From Octopus vulgaris (Eukaryota): a stretch of DNA of 62,000 nucleotides. Below, one piece after another: positions 25,688-39,706 of the stretch; position 1 is the stretch's first letter; every line of letters starts with the position of its first letter. Where the stretch lies: assembly GCA_951406725.2 (NCBI GenBank), contig OX597825.1, forward strand, positions 14,962,001 through 15,024,000, written 5' to 3'. Below the pieces are notes generated by a model. The model worked only from the letters and a program-made list of their open reading frames with translations. It was not told the DNA's origin and searched no databases. Made by a program: the position numbers and the translations under genes.

Positions 25688-25741
25688 ATAATATATATAT
25701 ATTTATATATATATATATATATGCATGTATATGTGCATGTA

Positions 25742-25778
<37 letters not shown>

Positions 25779-27789
25779 GTAATGATTGTGAATGTGTGAC
25801 GTATTGTCAAAGAGAAATCGAACTAGCATTGCATATTTGGTTCGTCGTAATTTTAACACGCTCAGATGTCATTCTTACATATATTACACCATCTAAAGAG
25901 ATTTCGATGAAATATGAAAACAATTTGATTCCTCTAGTTCCTTCAGCACTTTGTATATCACTAAATAATTCTCTTTCCATTATTGATTAGGTGTTAATTT
26001 TGCTTATTTCAGAGTTCAGCATAGATTATTTCACTACACCTTCAATTCGTTTTTTTTTTTTTCAACCAACAACAACCCCAACAAGGAAAGACTCATGCCA
26101 CTGCATTATTCATATCCTATTTCGCCATTCTTATCACGCGTTCACACAATTTGCGTGTTATTTGAAATTAGCAGGCCTCTAAATGATGTCAGCTCTTATA
26201 ACTCTCAAAACATTTCACACATAACTAGTAATTCTCACACACACATCAAATACTTCCCCAGCCTTTCCAGCACTTCTGCTTCTATATTGATTGACTGAAA
26301 CGCTTATTGGTAAAGTGTCATAAAATGAGAATCACACTCTCTTCATTTCACTTTCTAAGGGAGTGCTTCCTTTATTCTAGCCTATCTTATCAATTCTGCT
26401 CGTACAAATTTTTCATCACTAAACTATTACAAGTATATTGTATCGCGTTACTTAAACCTCACCAGTGTATCTTACATTTTGGCAGTCACAATTTTCTTAC
26501 ATATTTACGGTTTATATATGGTTCTGTGTATCTGCTGCATTCCCTGAAATTCTAGCTCCAAAATGTCTTGGTCTTTTCTTCACATTCATAATAGACTTTA
26601 CAAAAAAGACTAGCTAATACCTGTATTTGCTTGAGAACGTATTCCAATTATTCCCTATAACTATCACGGGCACTAAACAGAACGTGATTAAAATGAACAT
26701 TTCTTTGTCGGGCGGACTAGATTTATTATCTTTGCTTGCAATAAATTACACTTTCCTACAAGCATTCAACAGCAATATTGTCTTGCTAAACCATAAAGAT
26801 GGCGGTAGATGTTTTGCAGCAAATCCTGCAGGTGCATTAAATTATTGGGCTTTTACTTCAACGTTCCGTTTCTGAAACCTATCAAGTAATCAAGGAACAT
26901 TACTTGTAGGCAAGTGCTGCGCTGTCCTAGGAAAAGGCAAAAAATAAAAAGGCACAGCAGCAAAGCACCGAATCTAACAACATTATCAGAGCTTAGAAGT
27001 GAATGAAAATAGATATGCATAAAAATCAAGTTTGCATATGAATCTATACACGAACTGCAGTATATACATGCACGTGAATGCACACATATATAGGCAATAC
27101 AAGGGAAAGTAGGACACATATATGCAGTCATATCTGTTTGAAATCTGTGTCTGTATACACGAGCGTATGTATGAGATATTCGTGTGTAGATATATGTTAT
27201 TACTTAGATGTATCTAGATTAAAGTTTACTGAAACTTACAAATAAATGAAACGTGTTATTCTTCTCAACTCTGCCTTTTGTTGGCAGGCAACATCTTATA
27301 ATATTTCTATGCAAAATATTATTTAATTCTCAAAGCAAACTATTCTTAATAGGAAATATGTTTGTTTCTACATTCTTTCAAAGTCATTTTGAAATACATA
27401 TTGCAATTTCCGTGTAGTGAAATATTCTAAAGATATGAATATAATTCTAGAATAGCTATGCAATATTTCTTTATATAAAAGGTTTAATTTCATTTCCTAC
27501 ACCCCCAAATGAATTTCTAAAATATTTCTCACCGATTTATTATTTAAGAGAGAAGAAAAAGGAACCTTTTTTTCAAAATCAGCAATAAATATATAATGTA
27601 TTTTTTTCATTCTACTTCTAACAAAAATTATTTTGAAAAATCGAAATTTTCGCATGGAAATATATATGAATGCATGTATTATATTATGTATGCAAATATA
27701 TTTAACTGTGTATATATTTGTGTACATATGCTTGTGTGTGTATTTGCGCGTGCGTGAAGCAGAGAGCATGTAGATGTTCAATACATGCA

Positions 27790-27806
27790 TATATACAAAT
27801 ATAATG

Positions 27807-27848
<42 letters not shown>

Positions 27849-27990
27849 GTGTGTGTGTTTGTGTGTATGTATGTATATGTATGTATGTGTGTGTGTATGT
27901 TTGTATGTATATGTATGTGTGTATGTATGTATGTATGTATGTATATATGTATGTATGTATATATGTATGTATGTATAAATGTATATATGC
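27790..27990. repeat. compound (TA)n/(GT)n/(GTAT)n microsatellite
   Basis: Direct reading. Confidence 0.9.
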
Positions 27991-28599
27991 ATTTGCGTGT
28001 GTATGTGCTGTATGAAAGAAACATACAAACACGCTTTTGAATTTAATATGAACGGAAATATATATTTGTTTTGTCAAGAACAATGACCTTACATAAATAT
28101 AACTGTATACACATTTTCGTGATATTGTTTCTCTCTGAATAAGAGTATGTGTGTGTATTTGCGTGACTGTATGTGTGTTCGTGTGTGTGCATTTGTATAT
28201 TTGTGTGTGTGTATGTTCCAATTTTTATTTGCTTATACGTGTACGTACGTATGCTTGTGTGTGCATATTATCAGATGTGTGATTCTATTGGCAAATATTT
28301 GAAATTCAAAAGTAATTTAAGTGACAAACTCTTTCTATGAGAAACCAATAATGAGAAGCTCAATGATACGGCATGAAAAGCTATTGAGAGTTTTGCTGTA
28401 TATATTCTTATGTTCCTACAAGATTTTCAATCGTTTTCCTGGCGACCTGAGATACTTCCTCTTTCAGATGCTCTATGTGAATTTACAGCTCTTCACAAGC
28501 GCACGCGTACTTATGTATTACTCTTAATTCTTTTTCCCTTGTTTTTGTGCGTGTCTATATACAAATATATATATACATAATTCTTTATGTATTGATATA

Positions 28600-28920
28600 G
28601 TTAGGTAAGTAGGTAGGTAGGTAGGTAGATAGACAGACAGGTGGGCAGATAGATAGATACGTAGATAGACAGATATATATATATATATATATATATGTTG
28701 AGAGAGAGAGAGAGAGAGAGATAGATAGATGGATAGATAGGTAGGTAGGTAGATAGGTAGGTAGGTAGGTATATAGGTAGGTAGGTAGGTAGGTAGGTAG
28801 GTAGGTAGGTAGGTAGGTAGGTAGGTAGGTAGGTAGGCAGGTAGTGAGCTGGATAGACCGACAGACAGACAGATAGATAGATATATAGATAGACAGATAG
28901 ATAGCTTGATAGATAGATTA

Positions 28921-28956
<36 letters not shown>

Positions 28957-29020
28957 GTAATTATGTAGTTAGGTAGGTAGATAGATAGATATATAGATAT
29001 ATAGATAAATATATATATAT

Positions 29021-29110
<90 letters not shown>
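28600..29110. repeat. compound (GGTA)n/(GATA)n/(GA)n/(TA)n array
   Basis: Direct reading; source of the YLSI/YLPT pseudo-ORFs. Confidence 0.95.
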
Positions 29111-29111
<1 letters not shown>

Positions 29112-29633
29112 TGCGCATAAGTAAACATACATAGAGATAAAGAGATAAGTAGAGAGATTTACATTCATATACATTCATAACAATCATATACATATATGAA
29201 TTTATTTGACCATCCAAACTGTGGATAGAAATACATGAGCACTAAGTATCGCGCTCGCTGAATTACTTAATTCTTCCATTCCTTTGTAAAATATTTTATA
29301 CGCATCCATAAATCATCTCTTTTATTTCCAATACCCATATTATTTATCTGTTTTGTATACAGTAAGATATTTTCCGTCTCGTTTTCTTGCCTGTTTCTAT
29401 ATGTTAATACATAGCTTTCTTTGTTACTATTACATAGCTACAACTCACCCCACTCACTCAAGTTATATACGAGCAGGTTATCTCTCATTCTTTACATACG
29501 AGTTTCCAGTTCGCCTGGACGCTATCTTCTACTTAACTATACATTTCCGTACAAGCTACTAGTCCTAGGTTTCTCACACTTCAGTTTATATATTCTTTTG
29601 TAGATAACAGTGTTTCTGCGTTCTTTCTATATT

Positions 29634-29690
<57 letters not shown>

Positions 29691-29710
29691 TACACACACA
29701 CACATAAATA

Positions 29711-29872
29711 ATAGGTGTGGATGTCTGGTAAGGACCTTCGTTCTGAGCTACAAGCGCTCGGGTTCCATTTCACTCAGTGGCATCTTGGTCAAGAGTTTTC
29801 TATTATTGCCTCGGGCTGACCAAAACCTTGTGAATGGAATTGGTAGAGGAAAACAAAAAGGCCATCGTATAT
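29711..29872 (+). mobile_element. diverged family A SINE, 5' half
   Basis: GTGGCATCTTGGTCAAGAG...GACCAAAACCTTGTGAATGGAATTGGTAGA. Confidence 0.7.
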
Positions 29873-29960
29873 ATGGTGAGAATTTGCCAAAGACAAAGGA
29901 ATACGTTTCTCGACAGCACATGCTATATAGGAGTGTTTGTATATATACATACATACACAC

Positions 29961-30024
<64 letters not shown>

Positions 30025-30104
30025 CATCCCACAAAAAAAGCTCTTCCTTGTAATTTGTCCCATCTGTGTGCAGCCCTGTGTGGCCAATAAAGAAACATAT
30101 ATAT

Positions 30105-30290
30105 ATACGGAGAATTCACAAAAAAAAACAAAAGACGAAGACAGGTGGTGTAAACAACACACATATGTATTAGTATAACACTAGGAAAGTGAAAAAGTCT
30201 TTAACGTTTCGAGCCTACGCTCTTCCACAGAAAAGAACACAGAAAGAAACAAGGAGAGAAAAAAATGTGTGTAGTGGCTAACGATCTATC
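30105..30290 (-). mobile_element. Penelope-type non-autonomous repeat with a minimal hammerhead-like motif (copy 2)
   Basis: Homologous to 16285-16470; minus strand CTGTGGA-A-GAGC-GTAG-GCTC-GAAACGTT at about 30200-30234. Confidence 0.65.
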
Positions 30291-30297
30291 ATGGCGA

Positions 30298-30355
<58 letters not shown>

Positions 30356-30364
30356 TAGATAGAT

Positions 30365-30424
<60 letters not shown>

Positions 30425-30565
30425 ATATATGTATTTATGCAGGTATGTGTGTGTGTATGTATGTATATATATATATATATATATATGATATAACTTTCAT
30501 AGTTTTCATTGTAATTGTACTTGTCTTTGTAATATTCATTTCTTCTGTATATATGATTCATCTTA

Positions 30566-30783
30566 CGGCGATGAGCTGATAGAATCTTTAGCCTGATATG
30601 CATAATGCTTAGCAGCATTTCGTCCTTCCTTACGTTCTGAGCTGAAATTCCTTCAGGGTCGACATTGTCTTTCATCCTTTTGAGATCGATAAAATAAGAA
30701 CTAATTGACCACTGGTTTCGCTGCAATCGGCTTACACCCTCCCCTGAACACGCTGGCCTTATGCCAAACTTTAAAACCATTAT
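30566..30783 (+). mobile_element. diverged family B SINE (alternative tail)
   Basis: GCTTAGCAGCATTTCGTC, GTCGACATTGTCTTTCATCCTTTTGAGATCGATAAAATAAG, tail CCCTCCCCTGAA...GCTGGCCTTATGCCAAA. Confidence 0.75.
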
Positions 30784-31497
30784 CAAAGATTCATCTCATT
30801 ACTTTCATGTTCTTTCTAAGTTCTTAACTACCATTTCAGCGTCACCCTATTGAGCATACAGGGACACAAACAAGAAAATGAAGTAGGCTAGCCCAATACG
30901 TAAATATAGAGGGAGAAGTCTAGACGTCAGACACAGTAGAGAGTAGCAGTCAACGTAGAGTAGAAGGCATCCGAACTTGCGACATAAGTGTTAGAGTAAT
31001 CTTTTACGTCTGTACAGAGAATGGGTAGAATTTGAAATTGTCTGGAAGCCTCGGTTTATGAGAATAAATTCGAAAAACATATTTTTCATTTGATTTTCTG
31101 AACAGTATGGATCTAGAAATCCACTATCTTCTTCAACGATAAGAAAGCTCATTTGAACAAGTCTTCAAAACAATAAATATATAACTGTGTGGGGGCTTTT
31201 GTGTCCGTTTTGCTTGTTTGCTACGGGTATATATGTGTGTGCATGCGCCTATGTGTGGATGTACATGTGTGTGTACATGTGTGCGTACCTGTGTGTGTGT
31301 GTCTATGTGTACAAGTTTGTCTGTGAGTTTGTGTAAGTGTGTGTGTGTGTGTGTGTTTCTGTTACTGTGTAAGAAACTAACTAGTTATTCTCAAAATTTA
31401 ATATTGCCCAATGTTGTCATCTTGAATCAACAGCGCTATCGATTTTTCAAATCTGTAAATATAGATTTCAACACAATGCAAGCTCACTCCGTTTTCT

Positions 31498-31810
31498 TTC
31501 TTCTTCTTCCTCTTCTTCTTCTTCATCTTCTTCTTCTTCTTCTTCTTCTTCTTCTTCTTCTTCATCTTCTTCTTTTTCTTCTTCTTCTTCTTCTTCTTCT
31601 TCTTCTTCTTTTTCTTCTTCTTCTTCTTCTCCTCCTCCTCCTCCTCCTTCTTCTTCTTTTCCACTTCCTCTTCTTCTTCTTCTTCTTCTTCGTCTCCTCC
31701 TCCTCCTTCTTCTTTTTCTTCTTCTCCTTGTTCTTCCTCTGGTCTAGTCTTTTTCTTTTTTCTTCCTTTATTTCCTCTTTCTTCTTCTGTTTTTTCTTCC
31801 TCTTCTTCTC
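31498..31810. repeat. (CTT)n/(CCT)n polypyrimidine tract
   Basis: About 300 bp with almost only pyrimidines on the plus strand. Confidence 0.95.
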
Positions 31811-31963
31811 TAAATGTATCTCCTTCACTATTCTTGTCTCCTTAATAGTCTCCTTCTTAGACTTTTCACTAGGTTTCGAAAACAATTATTTACCACATCC
31901 CACATATATTCCATATTTTGATACACATTATTATCATTAAAATGGAGGTAAATATTATTTTCA

Positions 31964-32055
<92 letters not shown>

Positions 32056-33435
32056 TATATATGCATGTATATGTGTATATATACACGTATGCATGTGTAC
32101 ATATATTCATATATATATATATATAATATTGTTTTGCTTTCATCAATAACCGTATGCGAGCAACTATGTGTGTTTGCATATTCATATAAACTGTGGGAGT
32201 AAGTGGCTCTCAGATTTGCAGTACATGTTATTCAACATAAACTTCACAAATATGAACATTCATTTTATTGAGAAAAATCTTTATGTAAGCAGCGGATATG
32301 GTAAGAATTATACGCACAGGTTATCTAATTCATATTCTCATCTGTTGATGATTGGTATCCATTAAATGCAATGCCAATATTTGTACCTTAAACTCAAGAA
32401 TATGATTACTAAAACATTGAGCTTGTGTATGACTATAAAGTCAGATCATTGAAAATCCTTATTACATTGAGCTTGATGCAAATGACCTTCAACACTAGTT
32501 TGGCAAAATCCATTGAGAACTAAATAAAACATCTTCAGATTAACAATATATGTTAGCGACAGAGGCGGCATTAATACACTGAGTTAATATTTATCCACAC
32601 TTCTACGTGTATGTTCTGTGAGAACTAACTACACTGCGATAGATATGAGAATTTCTCTCCTGATGTCCACCGCAGTATAGTGTGTTCTGACAGGATATTC
32701 GGGTATAGTTGGGGATAACTATTCCCTCTGAAATGAGAAAATCCGTCGGCTTCTAAATGTTCGGTTCTTATTGACTTCAGAACTGATACAACATTTCGCA
32801 TTGAAGTATCTGGCTTATGTTGATTTTATTACCATCCATATTTGTGACTCTGTAAGCTTAAGTAAGAAATTAATATAAATTATAACGATGATTATACCGC
32901 AATCAACAAACATCGAAATAGTACCGGTCATGTGAACGCATTCACTTTCAGCAGTGCTGCTATCAGAAAACGAGACTGCAGTTTACACGAAAAGTTTACA
33001 CGATTGATCGGCGTAAATTCCCCCATGGCCCACAGTCATAAATCATATTGTCTCTTGTTTCTGCTCTTCCTACAGTTACGATAAGAGACGAATTTTCAGA
33101 AAGAGCTAGACTTATACCTCGTCTACTAGAGTTTTTTCCGCTCATTTCGTCTTTCCTCGTATCACTCTTCATATGTTCGATTTGCCACGTTACTTATTAA
33201 ACATTACAGGTAGTTTTTTCTCCCTATGTCGGTTATTTATAATATTGACACAACCCATGTCTATTTCGCATGGGTTCACTTACTACTGATATACTTCTAA
33301 TGGTGGTACTCCAGTATGTACGTAGCTCTCGAGCAGAAACAAGTAAAAGAATAATAGATTAGCGATTACATGAATCTCACTGCTCTACGAAGGCTTGCGA
33401 AGGTTAGTAGCACAACACCTTTTCTAACTGTCCAA

Positions 33436-33632
33436 TAATTTAGACCTGGAGATCTCCATTTCCAGCGACTGCGACGGCCACCTCCCAGTGGTATCGGGCG
33501 TCAACGAAGAGACCTCGACTACAACAAGACGACCAAATTTTTTTTTCCAAGGTCTGGGATCCCCCGCTCCTAAGCCCTAGACCATCACCTAATCACCCTT
33601 ACCCATCTTGTTGCTTAACAACAACAGCAACA
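33436..33632 (+). mobile_element. 3' end of an unclassified retroelement family (family E)
   Basis: Homologous to the reverse complement of 54275-54460; ends in an (AAC)n-like tail. Confidence 0.7.
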
Positions 33633-34304
33633 CCTTTTACATACCCGGAAACTAAAATCATAATAAAATAGTAACCGAATCAGCTGTTTCGTGTGAAGTT
33701 TCAACTCTGATACTGCGTAAAACTGTTGCGTAATATTGCCCAGCCACTGTAATGCTCTTATCACAAGTTAGACTCCAGCAGAATGGCAAGAGTTACCATT
33801 ATCTAACAGTTGAAAGCATTTCAAGATAGTAACAAAAATTGTATATGAGAATTAAAATTCAGAAGCGTTCTAAAAGAATTGATAAAGCAACAAAGTTGTC
33901 AAAATATCTGGAGTCTGAATGCAATTATCAAAATCTAAAATGTGTAATAACATTATAAATTTAATATTCCCAAATTAGAAATTGAAATGATTTGAAATAA
34001 AAAAAAAATAGTTTGTGATATAACTGTCACCGTGGAAGTCAAATTGATTTTGTGTCTAAAAGGTGTGTGGGGGAGAAATTAAGCTAGTTTATTGTTGAAG
34101 AACATCCCAAGATATTTGCCAAATTTAATTGAATTCATTGGTCACTAGAAATAATTAATTCTGTTTATTAGTTAATACATCATCGTTATTGTCAGTGGCA
34201 ACAGCATTATCAACTTTCTTGCCCTTATCCTCATCTTCATTATCATCAAAATAATCATCATCATTTGAATGTACTAATATTACGATGATTCGTATTCATA
34301 TTAT

Positions 34305-34775
<471 letters not shown>

Positions 34776-35250
34776 TATGAAAACCCACAGCTTATTTTGT
34801 GGGGTGTGATGGAAAATATCAGCTGTCCACAGCCAGCAGACTAAGGTGATGCTTGTTTACTGGTCATGCTTGAAGAACCTTGCAAAGAATTCTTGCGGTT
34901 CAAAGCAATGCTGATTTTTGTAGTTGCTCCACCTTCACACTTGCACAGACTTTTTCAGCCATGTGGTACATAAGTGTTGATACTTGCAAGTTTCACCAAT
35001 TACTATTAGTATCAAGTCTACTCTATTCATTGACTGCAGCCTTCGTATTTCCCACTTCGAATCATCATAGTTGATTCATTTTTCTTCTTTCACATTTATC
35101 ATTTTGTCACCGGGGCATGCAATATCGATTATCATAAATGTTCTGTCTTTTTTTATTCACGACAACAATATTATGATATTGTTGGTGCAGTGTCAGGTAT
35201 ATGAGACCTGATCTGCTGCAAATTTCCTATATGTTTGTAAAATATTATCT
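34776..35250 (-). mobile_element. R4/Dong-like non-LTR retrotransposon, 3' fragment (RLE domain plus 3' UTR)
   Basis: Minus-strand translation across frameshifts: NIVVVNKKDRTFMIIDIACPGD...WEIRRL...LIVIG...VEQLQKSALL*TARILCKVLQA* (stop at 34864-34866). This is the R4-clade PD..D-type RLE C-terminus, followed by a short UTR and (TAA)n. Confidence 0.8.
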
Positions 35251-35292
35251 TCGGTAGATGAATGCCTTGACATTTAAAATATAAGCACATAT

Positions 35293-35378
<86 letters not shown>

Positions 35379-35402
35379 CTGCTTCTGCTGCTACTACTAC
35401 TG

Positions 35403-35437
<35 letters not shown>

Positions 35438-35480
35438 GCTGCTGCTGCTACTGCTGCTGCCATTACTGCCACTACTACTA

Positions 35481-35512
<32 letters not shown>

Positions 35513-35728
35513 ACTGCTGCTGCTGAGGATGATGATGATGATGATGATACTGCTGCTGCCATTACTGCTGCTGCTGCTAATACTAGTGCTACTACTGCTA
35601 CTAGTACAAATACGACTACCCCTATTGCTACTACTACTATTGCCACGATAGTTGAAACTACTACTATTACTACCTCTACCACTGCCCCTGCTACTGCTGC
35701 CGCAGCTGCACTACTACTACTACTGCTG

Positions 35729-35760
<32 letters not shown>

Positions 35761-35767
35761 GCTGTTG

Positions 35768-35803
<36 letters not shown>

Positions 35804-35930
35804 AAATCACTACTACAATTAATATTATTACGCGTACTACAACAACTTCTGCTATTACTGCTACTACTCTTATTACCACGACTATTACTACTAATACTAC
35901 TGCTACTACAAGTATTGCCAACAATAATTC
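35293..35930. repeat. composite (ACT/AGT/GCT/GAT)n array, decaying rightwards
   Basis: Direct reading. Confidence 0.92.
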
Positions 35931-36658
35931 TATCACATTCTGAAAAGCATATTATTTCACCATATCTCATCAACGATAACATTAGTCCATTACAATGGCC
36001 GAGAGACAATTGGCAAAAAAATAAACATGATAAATCATCTCCCGAAAATATTTCTCTTTTCTCTTAATCTTCCAAGAATATAAACAACACCTAAATCCGC
36101 TTAAATAATAATATTTTTTTTAGATATTTTAGTTTAATTCTGCAATACGTTGCGTGGCGTGCGATTAGTTTCAGCTATAAATGATTATAGGACTTCGACA
36201 AAATAAAATTGGTTCGAATGTTGTTCATCGCCATTTGAATTCTAACCACTTTTAAGGATTTATTGTGCTGATAAAAAAAAAAAGAACTTTATGCGACCTA
36301 GGTGCGATATTGATAGGGAAGTATTTATACAGTTATGTCAATTGAAATAAAGAACTTACTAGTCAAGAGCAGTTTAATTGTTAAAAAAGTCGTTGCATCT
36401 ATATACACAAATAAATAGGTATACAACTGCACACACACATACACACACACACAAACACACACAGAATGTTGTGTAGAGAGGATAAGTATAGTTATTATAT
36501 CATCTAAAATCTTAGAATTAAGTTGGGAAAAGTTCTTGACAGTTTATATAAGGTTGTGTTTATATAAGATTTGAAGTGCGGGTATAGGTTGGTTAGTATG
36601 TTTGAAAACCAATTTGAAGTTGCAGAAATTATAAAAGGAAAGTGGTATGTGTATGCGT

Positions 36659-36666
<8 letters not shown>

Positions 36667-36751
<85 letters not shown>
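36667..36751. repeat. (GT)n microsatellite
   Basis: Direct reading. Confidence 0.95.
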
Positions 36752-36753
<2 letters not shown>

Positions 36754-37055
36754 GACTTATCTTGATTCTATTCAAGGTCTGCAATCAATAGATTTAGAAG
36801 AAGCTATGAGAGGAAACTAATTATTGCAAATAACCTTTGTGCTAGTTTGGAAAAAATGCCTTAATCTTATTCTTAGGACGAGATTCAAATTCAGGGAATG
36901 CATCATTATTCTAGTTCAGATGTCAAATTTTTACAAACTGAGGTTAGATAACGTTGGTTATTGGCCAAGTATTTATAAACATACATTTGTTTGCATATAT
37001 CAACTTACACTAGTATTTTCCCATATATTTGTGCATCAGTATGTATGTTTGTGTG

Positions 37056-37139
<84 letters not shown>

Positions 37140-37148
37140 GAGATATAC

Positions 37149-37526
37149 TTTTATTTCTATTTGTTTCAGTCAATTGGTTGCGGCTATGCTTGACCAACGT
37201 CTTTACTCCAACAAATCGCCCCCAGTACTTATTCTATCTGTCTCTTTTACTGAAATACTAGGTTACGGTGACGTAAACACACTAGCATCGGTTGCTAAGC
37301 AATTGAGGGGAGACGAATATGTATGCAAAAACATATACATACGTACACACACATACACACACACGATGGGCTTCTTTTGATTTCTGTCTACCAAATCAAC
37401 TGAGAGGCCTTTGGTCAGACCGAAGCTATAGTAGAAAACATCCGTACGTCGTGCCTCGCCGTGGGGCTGAACACGGAGCCTTGTGGTTGGGAAGCAAGCT
37501 TCTCATCACACAGCCACGACTGCGCC
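37149..37526 (-). mobile_element. diverged full-length family A SINE
   Basis: Tail TTGTTTCAGTCAATTGGTTGCGGCTATGCT and head CACACAGCCACGACTGCGCC. Confidence 0.8.
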
Positions 37527-37579
37527 TATATATATATATATATATATATATATAAGCACATACATACATATATATATGC

Positions 37580-37643
<64 letters not shown>

Positions 37644-38948
37644 GCATATGTTTGCATGTAGTTACGTACGTATTTATGTATGTATGTATGTATGTATAAA
37701 TGAGTTGAGAAAAATAATTTGAAGTAGACAGTTCCAGCAATTTGAACTACAAAGACGTATAAGTGTACAGGAAGTACATACTTTATCAAAATTATTTCTG
37801 TATCTGGGACGGTTAATCAAATTATATTGCGCCAGTCACTATCAATACTTATGCAACCACAGTCATGAAACTCAAACATATATTGATGGCACAACAAGAA
37901 GGCAATATTTTGTGAAATGTTCGGAATTGGTGTAATTGTTTTCTCGACATCTGGTACTGTATTTAGTAGTGATAAAGAATTCGGAAAAATGTTTCTGGTA
38001 TGGAATACATTTTTGATTCACTTTAAACATGGAGACATTTACTGCCACGTATTTTTGGATATTATTATTTGAGGGGGAAAATGACTGGGAGATAGCAGAA
38101 ATCTTAAAAATCAGAAGTGAATGATGGAAAAAGATATGAAACTGAAGCACAGCCGTGGCTCTAAAACATATATTCTCTGAGGTATATTCTAAAATTGAAA
38201 CTGTTTGGAAATTCTTTCTGCTTAGAGTTATCAGTTACGTTCTGTCAGTATATCCTCAGAAATGAAGACGCTCTGTTAAATAAAAATCCCAGTTCTGCTC
38301 ATCAAAATTTACAGAATATATTCAAAACTAGTGAATTGATATATTCTATTATCTTACTACATTAATGTACCAATGCATGAATAAACTTTCCGTATTTTCT
38401 TGGCTACTGTATAAGAATATGTATAAAATAGATTTCGTTATGGAAATGAATTATGAAATAGGAAGATAGGAAAATCGTAGAAAGAAATGACAGAAAAAGA
38501 ACGGTTCTGGAAGAATATGTTTATACGTTTGTGCGTGTGTATATGTGTATGAAAACGTGTGAGTGTCCTCGCGATTAAGTGACTGGTTGCCGCATGGAAC
38601 ACGTAAAAAACAAAATGTCCGAGTCTAGGGAATGTTTTAACTTTTTCGCAAATTTTAATATTATCGTGTCACTATAAAAATGCAAACTATTTGTCTCAAC
38701 TACATATTTGCGTACGCACATACGTACATACAGACATTCATACATACATACATACATAAATGCATGTATGCATACATACATACATTCATTATTAAATTTC
38801 CAGTAAAGAAACTTTGGAAAGTAACAGCTGTATTGTGAATGAGAAGCTTGGTCTGCAACATCGACGGGCAGGTATTTTTGTATCACGAGGTGGGTTCATT
38901 AGACACCATCTGAGTCACAAGTGTAAACTATATATTTCACTAAGAGCA

Positions 38949-39003
38949 CACTGTGCTCTTAACGGACAGTGGTGGTCTTCTTCGCTCACCATTGACAGCT
39001 ACC

Positions 39004-39045
<42 letters not shown>

Positions 39046-39095
39046 TAGCTGTCAATGGTGAGCGAAGAAGACCACCACTGTCCGTTAAGAGCACA

Positions 39096-39098
<3 letters not shown>
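38949..39098. repeat. perfect 55-bp inverted repeat around a (TA)n loop
   Basis: 38949-39003 is the exact reverse complement of 39044-39098 (checked base by base). Confidence 0.95.
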
Positions 39099-39160
<62 letters not shown>

Positions 39161-39162
<2 letters not shown>

Positions 39163-39308
39163 CACCAAGGTCGCTTACAACCTTTGGTCGGCCCAAGGTT
39201 ACAGTGAAAAACACTTGCCCGCGCATCTCTGCACTGGAACTGAACAAAGAATCAATATGTGGTTTGGAGGGAATCAACCTTCTGTCTGCACAGCTACAAC
39301 TGAGCCTC
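39161..39308 (-). mobile_element. diverged family A SINE, 5' half
   Basis: CTTTGGTCGGCCCAAGG...AAAAACACTTGCCC...GGAACTGAAC. Confidence 0.6.
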
Positions 39309-39436
39309 CCTATGAGTGTGTGTGTGTGTGTGTTTTATATACTTATATACCTCTGTACCGGAGTAAGCAGATGAATGTGAAACAAAGTGGAAAAAAGAGT
39401 ACTCAAATACCAGAGGTAGAGTAATATCGTTTATCG

Positions 39437-39706
39437 AAAAGCAGCAGAAATATAACAAAAGCTGTCACTCAGAGTTTCACGTTCCCGTCGTCGGACAGTT
39501 TTGTTAATAACATGAACACCCTCCCTGTACATAACTCCATGTCCCCCTACATGGCCTTGCTTTTTGCTTTTTGAGCAAAAAAATAACTTAACTTAACTTA
39601 ACTTAATAATTACGAAACATCCATTTTATCTATTTTAACAAAACTGTCCGACGGACGAGAACGTGAAACTCTGATTAACAGCATTTGTTATATTTCTGCT
39701 GCTTTT
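39437..39706. mobile_element. inverted repeat, about 71-bp arms, Penelope pseudo-LTR-like
   Basis: Arms at 39437-39507 and 39635-39706 differ by about four substitutions and one indel; the 127-bp spacer contains (ACTTA)n; arms contain CCGACGA...GAAAC. Confidence 0.7.
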
